From Flaccisagitta enflata (lineage: Eukaryota), in NCBI GenBank assembly GCA_965153355.1, contig OZ231126.1:19344001-19408000 (forward strand): a stretch of DNA of 64,000 nt, in the 5' to 3' direction. A model generated the notes under the pieces. That model was given only the letters and a program-made list of their open reading frames with translations. It was not told where the DNA came from and made no database searches. Below are positions 1 to 19,437 of the stretch, piece after piece; position 1 is the stretch's first letter; the number at the start of each line of letters is the position of its first letter. A program made the position numbers and the translations under genes.

Positions 1-163
1 CCATAGGCCATGTAACATCTTAGAACCATCTCGCAGATCCAACAAGGCAATTTTGAAGAGACCACATTTGAAAAGTGAATCGATGAACGAATGAATAAAG
101 GAATAAATGAATGAACAAATGGATAGATGTATAAGTAAATGAATGAACGAACAAACAAATGTC

Positions 164-3442
<3,279 letters not shown>

Positions 3443-3903
3443 GGTGTATGAAAAAAAAATGCCCCTCACAATTGAAGGCAGAAAGAAATAAAGAAAGATA
3501 GAAATTATAATCGAACGACTGAATAAAACCAAAAGGAAATTGGCAACCACGTCAATAAAAAAGAAATGTAAGAGAAAAAATCGACAACGTTTGGACGTAT
3601 TGACTAAGAATGTCCGGGATAGGCTGTGAATTTTCTTGCAGCGATGAAATAGAAAAAAATTTAAAAAGCCTTGAATACGATAACGAAAATACAATCAGTC
3701 GACTGTGTTGAAAGTTGGTTTACTCATCTTGCGCTTGTGAAGTAACATGCTCTCGCTGAAGTTAAGAAGATAAAAGACCCTAGAGTCAATGATCAATCAA
3801 AACTCGATGTTACCGATTAGCAAAGATTACATCTCAGACTTAAATCTCAGACGAGTCGACCCATATTTGACCCCTCCCTCCCTCCTCATCCCCAAGGCGA
3901 TAC

Positions 3904-4270
3904 TTTTAGGCAACGGCCTTGAAGGCCGAAGGCCAAAGGGGTCACACATATGGAGAATTTAATCCTCCTTCTTCTTCTCCTTCTCCTTCTTTGTCCCCCC
4001 CCAGCTTGCCAAATACTGCCAATCTCTTCCAAATTCTTTCAAATTTTTCAGAATTCTGCCTATTTTTTGACAAATTTCGCCAAATTAACTCCCCCCCAGG
4101 CTTCCTAGAAGAGGAGAAGGAAGAAAAAATTCCTCAGCTGTGTGAAAGCATAGGTCACCAACCCCTTCGAGGCCGCTGCCCTGCAGCCTCTTTTAATCTC
4201 AACCTCAATCACAAACTACTCCAGCAGGGCACGGGTACCGCTGATCATCTGATATTTTTGCGATTATTTC
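3904..4270 (+). mobile_element. type B Helentron/Helitron2-like non-autonomous element (GGGCAGCGGCCCC family)
   Basis: 3' block GGCCGCTGCCCTGC...GCAGGGCACGGGTACCGCTGA shared with copies at 5181, 35810, 61448 and 63290. Confidence 0.6.
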
Positions 4271-4637
4271 GCCCAATTAGTTTTGCTTAGGGTGAAGTGG
4301 ACGTTATAGATATACGTAGACCAAGAAAATGCTGTTTGTACAATGTACACCTTTCTAGTGATAAATGATTCGATTTTTACAATGACGATTTTAGGCTCTT
4401 GCCATTGTGGATCATGGACGCCGATAAGTGCAGCTTCGTATAACGGCAGGAATTAGCTAAACTTCCTATACGGCCACATATACATGTACACCATTCTCCG
4501 CCTGTCGGACAAATGCTTGGATCGACTAAGAATTTGAATGGGTCGGGGTTACCTGATTCATAACTCAAGATGCTCCTTAAGATTTGGTCAAGGAATGCAA
4601 GAGCGGCTTTTTCACTACAGCTCGACCAATAATTGGC

Positions 4638-5175
<538 letters not shown>

Positions 5176-5180
5176 GTACA

Positions 5181-5622
5181 GAACTGGTCGCCCAAGGGCA
5201 ATATATAGTCATCGATGCCCGTTGCCCTGCTTTGCATGATTGTAAATTAACGTTAGAGGAAGCAGGGCAGCAGGGCAGCAGCCCCGAAGGGGACAATTTC
5301 TGTAGAACACAGGGGGAATTTCATTCGTTCGTTCGCTCGTTCGTCCATCCGTCCGTCTTCCCCAGGTCCTCTCAGGCCTGAAATCTGTCCTATCAGGCCT
5401 GATATCTGTCCTCTCAGGCCTGAAATCTGCCCTCTCAGGCCTGAAATCTGCCCTCTCAGGCCTAAAATCTGCCCTCTCAACTCAGTCTCAAGCAGATTAA
5501 AGCCTGAGAGGCCAGATTTCAGGACTGTTAGGGCAGATTTCAGACCTGAGATGACCTGGGGGAACGAACGGACAAACGAAAAAACGGACGGACGAACGGA
5601 TGAAAGTCCCCCTGCCCAAAAA
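5181..5622 (-). mobile_element. type B Helentron-like element with internal 21-bp tandem repeat (CTCTCAGGCCTGAAATCTGCC)
   Basis: GCCCTGCT...AGCAGGGC hairpin, GGGCAGCAGCCCC block, GTCC/GTTC microsatellite, TGCCCAAAAA terminus. Confidence 0.65.
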
Positions 5623-7795
5623 GCCAAATTAGATGATGGAAAGAGAGGCCTTAATCCTTAATCTTTTATCCGTTGTTCGGTGATTCGGTAACCAAGGCGC
5701 AATTTTGTACCATGCAACCGCACAGCGAAATGGTAATTTCAAAAGAATGGAACATCAACTTACCGCTCGATGTTGACAAACAGTAAACTTGGATTCCTCT
5801 GTGAGTTGAATGGAACGAATGAATCAATCTTTAATTCTTGAGTGGTTCTATGCAGACTGACGAAAAAAACCCGTTCAGTTACATGCGATGTAGAATTGGT
5901 TCCTTGGCATAACTTCTTCTTCTTCAAGAGAATAAAAATCCTAAATTGCACCTTTGAGAGTCTTTGAGATTTGACGGAAGGAGAAATCACGGAAAATGGC
6001 GCAGTTAAAAAAATCCGGGAATTTGTTTTTTTTTTTTTTTTTTTTTTTTTTGTCGGGATCGGAGAAAAGAGTGGAAAAAAATCGCCAGAGAGAGAGCTCA
6101 AACTCAAGTGAGCGAGAGCGAGAGATGGTGCAAGACTAGACTGATCTTGAGTGAGTTATGGAAAGAAGCACTTTTTCTTTATAAGGCGAAAAGCAAACAA
6201 GCCAAGGACCTAAAAGTTGGAGCGAAGCGCATGGCGTGAACTTGGTGTGCCTTGCCCTCCAGCTGTGAATAATGTTTGGGAGAGCTAGTCTATCTCGCCC
6301 TGCAATATTTAGCTAAATCGCTCACAAAACAACGAACTGGCAGGAATAGACACTCATGCATGATGCATCATTATCTTTGCGGTTATTTTCCGACACTGCA
6401 CCGCCAAGCAGAAATTTGTAACTTAATCCGTTTAGAAGTTATGAAAGTGAATAGTACAGTTCAAAGGGATGTGTGAAATCGCTCTTTCTGGCAGTAAGCA
6501 GAATTGACATTTTTACTTCATATCATTGTAGTTTCTAAAGTTTTTGAGCTACAACGCTCTGACACCACTCAATTGATAGATTTTTTGAAGCTCTTTAAAA
6601 TGCTCACTGATTTTTTTATAGTTTCACCTCCTATGAACGAACCAAGAGTCGTCGAAAAGTTGTGCAATTTTTTTTTTTTTGGCATGGTTAGCTAACACCG
6701 TCCAATTATTTTTGTATTGTAACACCCTGTGCAGGAAATTTGGCACGAACATTTTGACACAAAAATGATATTTCTAGATGACCCAGTGAGTTGAAATTTA
6801 AAATGTAGTATCCTGATTAGCTCTACTAAATGTAAGAATGCGCCATTACTCAATCCCGCGACTGCTCTCTGCCATAGAAGGCTTCAAACTAGAAATGCGG
6901 CATTAGATTTTGATGGATTTTTACTGGCAAAATTTGGTGAAGGGAAACACTTACACTTGAGGCCATTTTAGAACTACTGGGGTGGTCTGAAGTCAGCAGT
7001 GTATGCAGGGGGTTACCAAATTAGGTTCCTCGATGCATTGCAGCACCAAATCCAAGCCAAAATCTGCAAAATCGACCAACAAGTCATCATCTATCTTTTC
7101 CACTCAATCAAAGACAGTATTGTTAAATCCACAGCAGATAGATCCTAATCGACCTTCATATGAAATGATATTTTCCAACTTCATTACTGCTTTTTGGCTC
7201 TTACATATTCAAAATAACAATTCCTTAGTATTCCAGCACTATTTTTGACAGATTTTATCTTTTTTGAACAGTTATTGATTGTCTTATTGGACTTGTGCCA
7301 AATTTCCTGCTCAGGGTGTTAAGAAAAAGGAGTCAATTAAAAGAATCTCGATCTTCTGATATCCAGTCTCACCCAAACAGCTGCTTAGGCCATCCACCTG
7401 ATTTCCATGGGAAAATCATGAGTGCAAGTACAAGAAAAAGTTTTCTTTCTCCCAGAGAGCAGAAGAGGAAGAGACTGACTTGGCATAAGCAAAGAAAAGA
7501 AAAGTAGGTTGAAGAAGTGGAAGGAAGGTTCGTAGAGGAAGCGGCCAAATGGAAAATATGGCCATGACTCGGCATCAACTCTCTCTCACTCTCTCTTGTT
7601 ATGGCCCTTTTTATCATTCAAATTTTTCAATGTTTTTTTTTCGCTCCCGGAAGATGGGCTGTTTATACTTTTTTATTTCGCACTGAAAAATCTTAGAGAT
7701 CCTTGTCAATGTTGTTACAACTAGTGCATGTCGGTCCGAAAAAAGATTTTGCGGTACTCCATCTGTGATTCTTAAGACTTCTTTGATATACTAAC

Positions 7796-7934
7796 TTGGG
7801 ATGTGGAAGCGATTGACCGCTTCCATTTTGGTGGGTGGGATAGCTACTAATATTTGAACTACAAATTGGAAGCGGAAGCGGAAGCGGAAGCGGAATAGAA
7901 GCGGCATGAAAAATTGACCGCTTCCACATTCCTA
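7796..7934. mobile_element. mini hAT-like MITE
   Basis: TIR tgggatgtggaagcg / cgcttccacattccta, internal (GGAAGC)n, degenerate 8-bp TSD atactaac/atatcaac. Confidence 0.5.
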
Positions 7935-8552
7935 ATATCAACTTTCAGGGACAGGGAGCTTGAACTTTGATACTGGAATCTTATATCAAAATTTGCCACA
8001 TAATGCGTGTTCCAAACCTTTAATAAAGTATTTAGCACCCATAACCTCCCATGCATCCAGTCGCCCGCCGCGCCCGTGCATACGCCGGTCATCTCACCCT
8101 TTCGCGCGTACTTCCATCAGCCCGTCCATCCATTCCATAAGCATACCCCCCTCCCCCTTCGCCCCATTCTCTCACCCTCATTCCTTTTCTCTCTCACCTG
8201 ATCGAGTTGCTTTGCAGGAAATTTTCGTTCCAAAGCCTGTGACTCGCAGCGCAACTTAAGACGGTGGCGGTGGTGAAGAGAGACGGGGATGTCCTATTCG
8301 CCAACATTTGAGCATCTGAGTGAGGAAGATCAAGGATCAATTCCAACATCTGGCAATGGGTCAAGGTCACGTCAGGTCAACCGATGGATGAAAACGAAGG
8401 AGAATGAGCCAAAATACGAAGACGAAAGGAAATAAGGGGTCGAGAGATCCACTTGTTATGAGAGCGTCAACACGTTTGTCACTTTACTTGAAAGGCTTTC
8501 TTTTTTTCTATTCTATCAAGTGGTGCGATTTGGAGGGGATTAATCTATGGTT

Positions 8553-8675
<123 letters not shown>

Positions 8676-9805
8676 GACGTTGAGGATGATGATAATGGTG
8701 CTAGCGGTGCTATTGGTTTCGTTGTTGTTGCTCCTTCACCATCAAATTGTCGTCGTCAACATTGCAATTATGGAAACACATTCAAATTCGGTCCTTCACG
8801 ATTCCAACCGAGGAAGACGTCGATGTAATTTTGTTTAATCTTCAGTTTTGACGCCCTTCCGGTATTTTGAATCGGTTTACAACTGCCAATGACGTCGCCA
8901 GTCAGAGGAAGAACGGGAATTTAGATCAGAGGAAGAGAGAGAGAGAGAGAAAGAGGAAAAAAAAAAAGGATCTTGAAGTAGACTCACTTTCATTTCACGC
9001 CGTACCGTTGATGTATTCAACTGCTCTTATTTTGTTTCTTCGTTACCGTAAATAGTCATCGCTTTAATGACGTCATAGCCATCATCGTCGTCGTCATCGT
9101 TGTCGTCGTTTTCGTCGTCGCTTTCGTTCATCGATGAAAGCCGCCACCTCAGTGGTTTGAAACGGGTGTTGGGAAAACGGAGCAACGTTCATGTATCGGC
9201 TATCGAGTGAGCACTTTCAATTGGGCTTTCGGGTGGCTGGAGTTGGAGGTGAAGGAAGTGATGGGGGATAGTGGAGGAAGAGACAGTAGTGCCATTAGAG
9301 AAATCAGAAGCCACTCTTTCAGTGTTATCAATTCCCGCGATAATAGTCAGAAAATACACATCCAACCTGGACGAACAAAAAACCGCGGTCCATTTTTATT
9401 TCAGCTCCGTTTTGAAAATAGAAATTAATGAAAGATTTAATCTTTGAAGTTGAACCGCGTATAAAAGCAAAGTTGATAATTTGCTTGAATAGACCAACTT
9501 TTTTCAAGAGTGGCTTCTGATTTCTCTAATGTGTGGCCTAACGTACAGACAGTGGTTTTACAGAACCAGGAGACCCATTCCTACTCGATTATGATCAAGT
9601 GGTGCCGTTGGAGACTAAAACGTGGATAGCGGAAGTGGTGGATGAGGAAGCGAGTGCGGCCGAAGAGGTGACAGCGAAGGAGAATACTCAAGTGATGGAG
9701 GAAGGGACAAGGAGGTGGCAGTGACGATGTTGGTGATGGTGACTGGAAGATGGCGGAAGAAGCGGCAGTTGTGGTTGCGAGAAAACCATGAAAAAAGCGT
9801 AATCC

Positions 9806-10890
<1,085 letters not shown>

Positions 10891-11028
10891 AATAAAACAC
10901 AGAACGAAAGCTGCTAAGAGCAAAGGCAGAGTAAGGTAATTTGATCCTGCTATGCAAGTTAATGATTAGTTGTAAATATTTCTGTTATGTACCTCGGGAC
11001 AAAGTGCATAGGAATCAGCTTACTGAAG

Positions 11029-11161
11029 AAAACAAGGCCAAGTAGGCCAATAAGGTGCGACGTGTGGATCGTCGAACGAATGCGTTACCCGACAGACCAA
11101 CAGACCAATAGACCGACCGACGGACACAGCCATTTTAGAGGTGCTTTGTCGCACCTAAAAA
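11029..11161 (-). mobile_element. HINE type A, AGGTGC variant
   Basis: terminal AGGTGC-TTTGTC-GCACCT palindrome, (GACC)n, subterminal AGGTGCGAC, GGCC-AAGTA-GGCC hairpin; second copy at 57676-57816. Confidence 0.7.
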
Positions 11162-11338
11162 CTTCATGTCAGTCTTCGAATTGAATCTCTGGATACGGCC
11201 TAACTAGAACAGTCGCCGGTTGGGTCTGGGCAATCGCCCAAAGGTTTTTTTTTTTATAAATACGGACAATCGTAACAACTGCTCATCTGTCACCCTTTGT
11301 TGAAGTAAATCTGACAACAAAATGAACAAACACAAATA

Positions 11339-12329
11339 CAGGGTGTTTCACGCGTTTTGAGGTTTAAAGAATCAACATAGCTTTTCTCCTAGAAAAGTTA
11401 TTCCAATTCTGAAAAAAGGTCTGAATAGATCTTGAAGTGCAGTTTTTTTATGTCACCAATTTTTTATATCTGCGCTTTTAAATATGCCCACTATGTAAGT
11501 TTGAAGAAAGCAACCATATCCAGCATGCATCTTTAATCCGGATAATTATGGCAAAAAAATGGAAACTACTTGTTTGTTAGCGTTTCACATCCAAGCAATA
11601 AGAAAAACATAGCAAAATCCATGACCATCTTGAAGCTCTGTGAAAGATCTTTCCAATGAGACCTTGCTGGTTGTCATGTCTCTATCCGTTTAGAAATGGC
11701 AGAAGAAAGAAAACAGGTGGTCAAGAATTTGGAAAGTCAGTACACCGGATTTTCATAGGCTATCTTTATTGTAACATAGAAATTGAACAAATTGAGTTGG
11801 AAATTTGTTCTTGGCTCCATTTTATAGAAAATTCATGGCTCTTTAATTTGCTCATGGATATCGAGTAGCTAACACAATCCTGAGTTCGTAATTGACAAAA
11901 ACGAAAAGAGTAAAATTTCTCGATGGAAAAAAAATTGAAAGGAGCATTTTTTTCAATTTGTGATTTTTTTCTTTAATCTTTTGCCATTTCTAAATGAATG
12001 AAGCCACAATGTCCTGCAACGTCGCGTTTTGAAGATTTTTTGCGGAGCTTTTAAACAGTCATGGATTTTTTGTAGTTCAGGCCAATAGTTGACCAGAAAC
12101 TAGTAAAAGAAGTTGTCCATTTTTTTCTTTACCATGGTTAGTTAACTGGATAATGTTGTTTACTTGAAACTCCCGTAGCTCCCAAGCTAAAAAACGCAAA
12201 TACAAAAAATTGGTGACATAAAAAACTGCACTTCAAGATCTATTCAGACCTTTTTTCAGAATTGGAATAGCTTTTCTAAGAGAAAAGCTATGTCGATTCT
12301 TTAAACCTCAAAACGCGTGAAACACCCTG
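11339..12329. mobile_element. TA-flanked long-TIR MITE (Tc1/mariner-like)
   Basis: ~140-bp near-perfect TIR starting CAGGGTGTTTCACGCG, TA at 11337-8 and 12330-1, degenerate internal inverted symmetry. Confidence 0.9.
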
Positions 12330-12552
12330 TATATGCGTTTTGGTAAATGTAAAATGCAGACACGTTAATCTACAGCTGAACCTATAATTAGAGTTGTGGA
12401 GGGACCAAGCACCCCTCTTACAGCCAGCAAAAAAAAAATCGCCTTGCCCTTGGTGAAGAAATTTGAATTCATCCAAGGTGTACCCGCTATTCAAAGTTAA
12501 GGAGTAGATGCGTCGATGCAGGCAGTAGGAGTTGGAGATGCTTGGGCATTTA

Positions 12553-13110
12553 CACCGTCTTCGGATCGGACTGTGAAATGCAGAACCTTTATAACTCCTA
12601 AACCACTTAGAAAAAAGTCATGAAATTTTCAGTGAATATTGGTAACATGTGACGGTTTTTGCATGTCAAAGCTCAGATTATAATATAGAAAAGGTGAGGG
12701 GAAAACAAAATATTGAATGAACATCCATTTTTTAAGCAAAATGGCTTTTTTTACTTGTTTTTTTTTTGGAAGGTGCTGTTTTTCTCTCAGAATATGCAGC
12801 AAATAGATAATACATAGGTTAACATCTGTCAGTGAAAATAAATCCTAGAGTTTTTGTTGAAATGCAAAGCAATTTCAAGCAGATAAAGACAACTCCTTTT
12901 TAAGAAAATAGGGAAAAATTTATCTTGATTAAAAATGGGTTTTCTTTCAATATTTTGTTTTCCCCTCACCTTTTCTATATTATGATCTGAGCTTTGACAT
13001 GCAAAAACCGTCACATGTTACCCATATTCACTGAAAATTTCATGACTTTTTTCCCAGTGGTTTAAGAGCTATAAAGGTTTTGCATTTCACAGTCCGATCC
13101 GAAGACGGTG
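12553..13110. mobile_element. TA-flanked long-TIR MITE (Tc1/mariner-like)
   Basis: ~165-bp TIR starting CACCGTCTTCGGATCGGAC, TA at both ends. Confidence 0.9.
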
Positions 13111-13376
13111 TAGGTCCCTCCACACCCCTAGATGAGGTCTCGTGTGTGTTATGAATTTCTCTGATGTTGTTGCTCGGGATTTTCGCAATCAAATCTTACC
13201 ATAGGCATAGAATTTTTGCAATGGGTTGATGCGTGGGTCATGTGCTGCCTATGGGCCACTGCTCCAAAAAAGGGAATTGATGAACAAAAGAGGCAATTAA
13301 CTCCAATATCACGGGTTGGTGAGTACTTTCATCTTCTGATTTTTTCGCGTGTGCAGAGGCCCATTCACACAAAGAG

Positions 13377-13439
<63 letters not shown>

Positions 13440-13646
13440 AAAGAAAGAATGAATGAAAATAAGAATGAAAGGAAGATAGTTAGAAAGAGAGTAAAAATAA
13501 AAGAAAGACATATAGACGGACAAAGAGAGACGAAAAAGACAGACGGACCAACAGAGAGACAGACAGAAAGACAAACAGACAAACAGTGAAACAAAACAGA
13601 AAGACAGACAAACAAACAAACAAACAAACAAACAAACAAACAAACC

Positions 13647-13688
<42 letters not shown>

Positions 13689-14652
13689 CATACCGACTGA
13701 ATGATTGACATGACTGACTGTCTGACAAAAAAAAAACAGACACAAAGATTGAAACCAAGAACGAAAAGAGAGAAAATGTTTCATTAGAATAGGAAGAGGC
13801 TGCGTGGCCGCGCGTGGCCGCTTCTGATGTTGTTGATGTTTTGGAAAAAAACGTATTGACAATTTGGAATGAAGAAGCCAGAAACTCGGAAGAATGAAAA
13901 AAAAAGAGGAATAGAATAGAAAAGGCAACAAGGACGTAAACAAACGTGTGTTGGATAACAAACGATCCGCGGATAAGATAAACAAACCACCGCGAAGGGC
14001 CCAGAATGCGCTACCGATCGCACCGATGAACCAACCAAATGACGGACAAAGTTATATCTTCCATGAAGACATGAAATGATAAGGACTGTCAAAACAACCA
14101 ACAAACAGCTCTATACCGGTGTGACTGTTACAGTGTAAACAAATGCTGATTTAACCAACGTGTGCCAACATGTTAAAGGAATAGTTATTGTCTCAAACAC
14201 TCAATAGTGACAGATACAGAGGCTTAGAGAGGCATCGCTTATAGGCAGCAGTCCCATGCCATGGTCGACTTTGAGAACGCTGGGGGAAATGTGAAAGTCA
14301 CTTTATGCGTACATCCATTCGACCATCTTTGTACCCTTCTTGACTGCTTCTCAAAAGCCACGCTTCGAGCAGTGTATTGGGACAAAAATCACTAGAACCA
14401 AGTCAACCAACCAACGAACTAGAATCAACCAACGGACGGACTGGCTAAGTAAGTGTCGCGTATCACGAATACAAAGAAACAATTCGCATAGTCGAGTTGC
14501 GAACGTAAATAGCCCGGAATTCATCTTGGAAAACGACGGAAAGTGTCTGCGGAGAGACGGGAAAGTGCAATGGGTGAGTTACGCTTTTCAAAAGCCTAAT
14601 GATTGATAATGATTTTTGCTCGGCTCTAAAAAAGCCATTTCAAACTCACACA

Positions 14653-14876
<224 letters not shown>

Positions 14877-15163
14877 CCTTTATTCCAGAGGAAGAAAATA
14901 AGGAGGAGAAAAGAAAAGAGAAAGACTTCAAATTTTGAATTTTTTTTTAGAAGGAAAGAGAGAACGTAAAAGGAGAGGGCTAGGCACAAAAAGTTAACGC
15001 TTCGTTGATTTTCTATGCATCATTCTAGATTTAACCAGGAAAAAAGATGATGTTATGAACAGAAAACATATTCTTATCTATAAAGAACATTTAGCTTCAT
15101 CTTTCAGTTTCAGAAAGCATATAACAAAGCGTCCTAGTGGAAATTAACTTTGTCATTCTTTTT

Positions 15164-15352
15164 TTTTTAGTCGCGTGCTCGCTATTCTACAACCCGCTAA
15201 GTTGGTTGGTCGGTCGGTCTGTCGGTCGGTCGGTCGCCGTTAGCTTTTTTAGCGTTTTCGGGCGTCTTTTGCACCACTGCTCCTACCCAAATATCATCAC
15301 TGCCCCTACCCACCCGCACGCGACTCCGGTAGCCGTGTATCCGGCCTTGTTT
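15164..15352 (+). mobile_element. HINE type A (AGTCGCG)
   Basis: TTTTTAGTCGCGTG, (GTCG)n, CACGCGACT, GCCGTGTATCCGGCCTTGTT. Confidence 0.8.
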
Positions 15353-15507
15353 TCTTGTCATGGCCTACAACGCACATTGCGGAATTACAAATTTCTTTGA
15401 GGGGGGGGGGGCAGAGTGTAACATTCAATACATGAGCTTGAATCTTGGGGAGTATAAATGCAACTAAAAAGAATAGCAAAGAGAAATGTTTAAAAATGTT
15501 GTAAATA

Positions 15508-16480
15508 ACTATGGCAAAAAAAAAACCGAACAGTTACTTCTTTTGCTCATAAATCCTTTGAATATTCACCCATGCAGTGTGCTGAAATTTTTACTTAAGT
15601 TACTTTTTAGTATCATTAAGCATCACTGAAAAAATCAATGACCTGCTCTAAATAGTTTGAGAATTATAGAATTTTTAAAAGTGCTTGTCAAAAGATCAGA
15701 AATTCAATGTACATACATAAGAATTTATCAAAAATGAATGAACAAACTTAAAAAAACCATACTAAGTCTAGTTCGTTTTTGATGAAATTTGAACTGGAAG
15801 TAGACCACATTGTTAGCAGGCTGTGATAAAAATTTCATAACAAAACTCCGATTGTTTTAGCAGAAACAGCATGTTTTCTAAAACTTTTTTTGTGGTTTTT
15901 AGAATGAAGTAAATGAAGATGAAATCTCAAATATAAATCGATGCTAAGGCCAGAGTTTTCTACCAATTATCATGATTTTTTAACTGGGAACTTTTGTACA
16001 TATGATTCATCTCCAGTAAAATTTTTGTGAAGATTGAAGCATTTCTAGTCCCCCAAATTGCAAAAATATTCTAACAGGTAGCAGAATATTTCTTATCCTG
16101 AGCAAGCTTACAATCAACCATTATCTACCCCACTAGACTTTATCTGAGTAGATGCGAATTTTGCCTAGTATAAGTAAATATTACCATCAGACTACAGTTC
16201 AAAAATCATGACAAAACTCCCAAAACCAATTTTACTAAAAATGGTATTATTTTGATTTAGGATAAATCGTAAATGTCATCTCTGGCAGTCCAAAAAAGAG
16301 GTGACCTCAGTAAAAACGTGATAACGGCTTAAGTTTTCTACGGATTTTGACGAAATTTTAACCAGACATAGTCCATATCATGGCTATCATTGACTGTAAA
16401 TTTTATGCAAATTGGTCAACATCTTCATACTTTTTTGCTCTCTCAAAAGTTGTTCGTTTTTTTTTTTTTTTTGCCATAGT
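15508..16480. mobile_element. TA-flanked MITE with short TIR
   Basis: ACTATGGC(A)nCCGAACA ... TGTTCG(T)nGCCATAGT, TA on both sides. Confidence 0.75.
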
Positions 16481-16617
16481 TATATTGCGAACCTTTTATG
16501 TATGCGTGTAGTGAAACCATTGTTTCATGAAAAAAAAATCAAATACAATGTATGCAGCTGTAATAGATCTGGAAATAAGGAAAGAGTGCGAAATATATTT
16601 TCATAACAATGCAATGG

Positions 16618-16958
16618 TACCATACGATTCAAAGAAGAAAAAAAAGACGCACTTTTGAATGACAAATGTTGCCTATGAATCTTAGAATAATGTATCAAAT
16701 TTAAAATCTTAGATCATTTTAAAAGATTTGAATGAAAACATAGCCCATTTCACTTTCGCAATCCCTAAGTAAAAATGCATTTTAGCAAATTAGTGCTTCT
16801 CTTTGCAGTGCTCTAGCCTCTAAACCGATCGAGATAGAGACCTGAGATTGGCCTAGATTGAAAGATAATTTGAAAATCTTTTAGATTGTCTTCCTTAGAG
16901 ATGATTTATCTATTTTATCAATTATATAATAGGTGCGTCTTTTTTATGCAAGTGGTAT
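16618..16958. mobile_element. degenerate MITE
   Basis: AAAAAAAGACGCAC / GTGCGTCTTTTTT inverted pair; a related segment lies near 54010-54045. Confidence 0.45.
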
Positions 16959-17175
16959 TCGGGTAAAAGTCTGCCTTCAATGAACTTTGCTGAAGTACAT
17001 TAGGACCTTTTTTAAAGAAGAAGATGGCGATTTCCTCGTTATTTCAGACCAAACAGACCAGAATTTTAAGGCAAAACAAAAACAAAAACTATGAAAGATA
17101 AAAAGACAAAAAAAACAAAAACAAAAACAAAAAGAAAAAGAGATACAAATTGTTATCAAAAGAAAATGAAAACAA

Positions 17176-17298
<123 letters not shown>

Positions 17299-17372
17299 CC
17301 GAATCGACAACCAAAACAGAAATTTGTTTTTTAGATAGAGGAGAGCGACGAAAATGACAACGACGACAACGA

Positions 17373-17407
<35 letters not shown>

Positions 17408-17531
17408 ACGACGACGATAATGACAACAACAACGACGACAACGACAATGACAACAACGCGGAAAGGAGGAAAGGAGACGTCAGCGATTTAGGCTTTTTTT
17501 TAGGATGAGAGGTTGAAAAGGTTAGAGAGTC

Positions 17532-18560
17532 GTCATTGACCTCATTAGGCTTCTAACGCCATCCTTGTCACCGATACTTCCCGGCTTGAACATCACCCAA
17601 CAATCACCTCGTCTGTTACCATACCACTGTCAATCTGTACACTAGTTATGCGACTTATGTCATTGACATCATGAGGCTTTTAACACCATCCTTGTCACTG
17701 ATACTTCCCGGCTTAAACATCACCCAACAATCACCTCTTCTGTCACCATACCACTGTCAATCTGTACACTAGTTATGCGACTTATGTCATTTACATCATG
17801 AGGCTTTTAACACCAACCTTGTCACCGATACTCCCCGGCTTGAACATCACCCAACAATCACCTCTTCTGTTACCATACCACTGTCAATCTGTACACTAGT
17901 TATGCGACTTATGTCATTGACATCATGAGGCTTTTAACACCAACCTTGTCACCGATACTCCCCGGCTTGAACATCACCCAACAATCACCTCGTCTGTCAC
18001 CATACCACTGTCAATCTGTACACTAGTTATGCAACTTATGTCATTGACATCATTAGGCTTTTAACACCATCCTTGTCACCGAAACTCCCCGGCTTAAATA
18101 TCACCCAATAATCACCTCTTCTGTCACCATACCACTGTCAATCTGTACACTAGTTAAGCGGCTTATGTCATTTACCTCATTAGGCTCCTAACGCCATCCT
18201 TGTCACCGATACTCCCCGGCTTAAACATCACCCAATAATCACCTCTTCAGTCACCATACCACTGTCAATCTGTACACTAGTTATGCGGCTTATGTCATTG
18301 ACCTCATTAGGCTTCTAACACCATCCTTATCACCGATACTCCCAGGCTTAAGCATCACCCAATAATCACCTCTTCTGTCACCATACCACTGTCACTGACA
18401 AGTCAATCTGTACACTAGTTATGCGACTTATGTCATTGACATCATGAGGCTTTTTACACCATCCTTGTCACCGATACTCCCCGGCTTAAACATCACCCAA
18501 CAATCACCTCTTCTGTCACCATACCACTTTCATTGACATGTCAATCTGTATTATAGTCAG
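17532..18560. repeat. 127-bp tandem satellite, 8 copies
   Basis: unit starts at 17532, 17659, 17786, 17913, 18040, 18167, 18294, 18432; the last two units carry an 11-bp extra segment. Confidence 0.95.
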
Positions 18561-18719
18561 TGATCTTGCCGTTCTTGTCACCGATACTCTCCAGCTTCAT
18601 CATCGCCTATTCATCACCATATCAGTCACTTACATATCAATATAATAACCTGTTACGTCATCGACATGCAATAGATCTATCCGGCTTTTATCGCCATCTT
18701 TGTCACCGATTCTCCCCGA

Positions 18720-19437
18720 CAGGCCTCTTGATTTTGGAGCAGCAAGCTGCGTCGCTTCTCGGCAGGGAAACAGAGATGTCGGCAGGAAAAAGAAAAAGAA
18801 GAAGAAGAAGAAGAAGAAGAAGAAGAAGAAGAAGAAGAAGAAGAAGAAGAAGAAGAAGAAGAAGAAGAAGAAGAAGAAGAAGAAGAAAAAAGAGAAGAAA
18901 AAGAAGAGGAGGAAGATGAAAAAGATGAAAAAGAAAAAGAGAAAGAAGATGAAAATGGAAATGAGGGCGATTACAGTCAGCATTGCATCGATATCATTTG
19001 CATATTGCAGTTTTATGATGAGTACTCTAGTGTAACTTAGTTTATTTGGAACACGGTTGATTAAAGTTGAAAAGATAATTCAAAATTGATTTTCTTGTTG
19101 TGAATTAAATAGAAATAAAAACCTTATGCGCATGTAAAACTTTCCACTATCGTCATGTGTTCTATGAAGCCTCCCGCAAAAAAAAGTTTAAATTGATGAT
19201 ATATAAACTGAAAAAATCAAAATGATATGGAATTGCACAACGCCCCACAATAGGTCTACGGTCGCATGGCCGGAATCTCTGGGCAGCTGCTTGATCCTTT
19301 TTCAACTATGCTCTAGTGGTAGAATATGGGCTAAAAAGGTAACTCCGCTTAGCTTTCATCAACTGATATCCATATTGGTCGGCAGCTCTCGGGAGATAAT
19401 TTTCCTTGTCGGCACGAAAGAAGAATCATCAGGCCTG
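18720..19437. mobile_element. hAT-type MITE containing a (GAA)n tract
   Basis: CAGGCCT...AGGCCTG termini, perfect 8-bp TSD CTCCCCGA (18712-19, 19438-45), subterminal TCGGCAG motifs; second copy from 63687. Confidence 0.85.

Noticed and set aside
6500-6730. Complete MITE ending CACCCTG (similar relic at ~34920-35380)
   Set aside because: Only one clear end or degraded inverted symmetry; boundaries cannot be supported.
17532-18560. Regular repeat resembling a CRISPR array
   Set aside because: Whole units repeat with no unique spacers; eukaryotic context; no cas genes.
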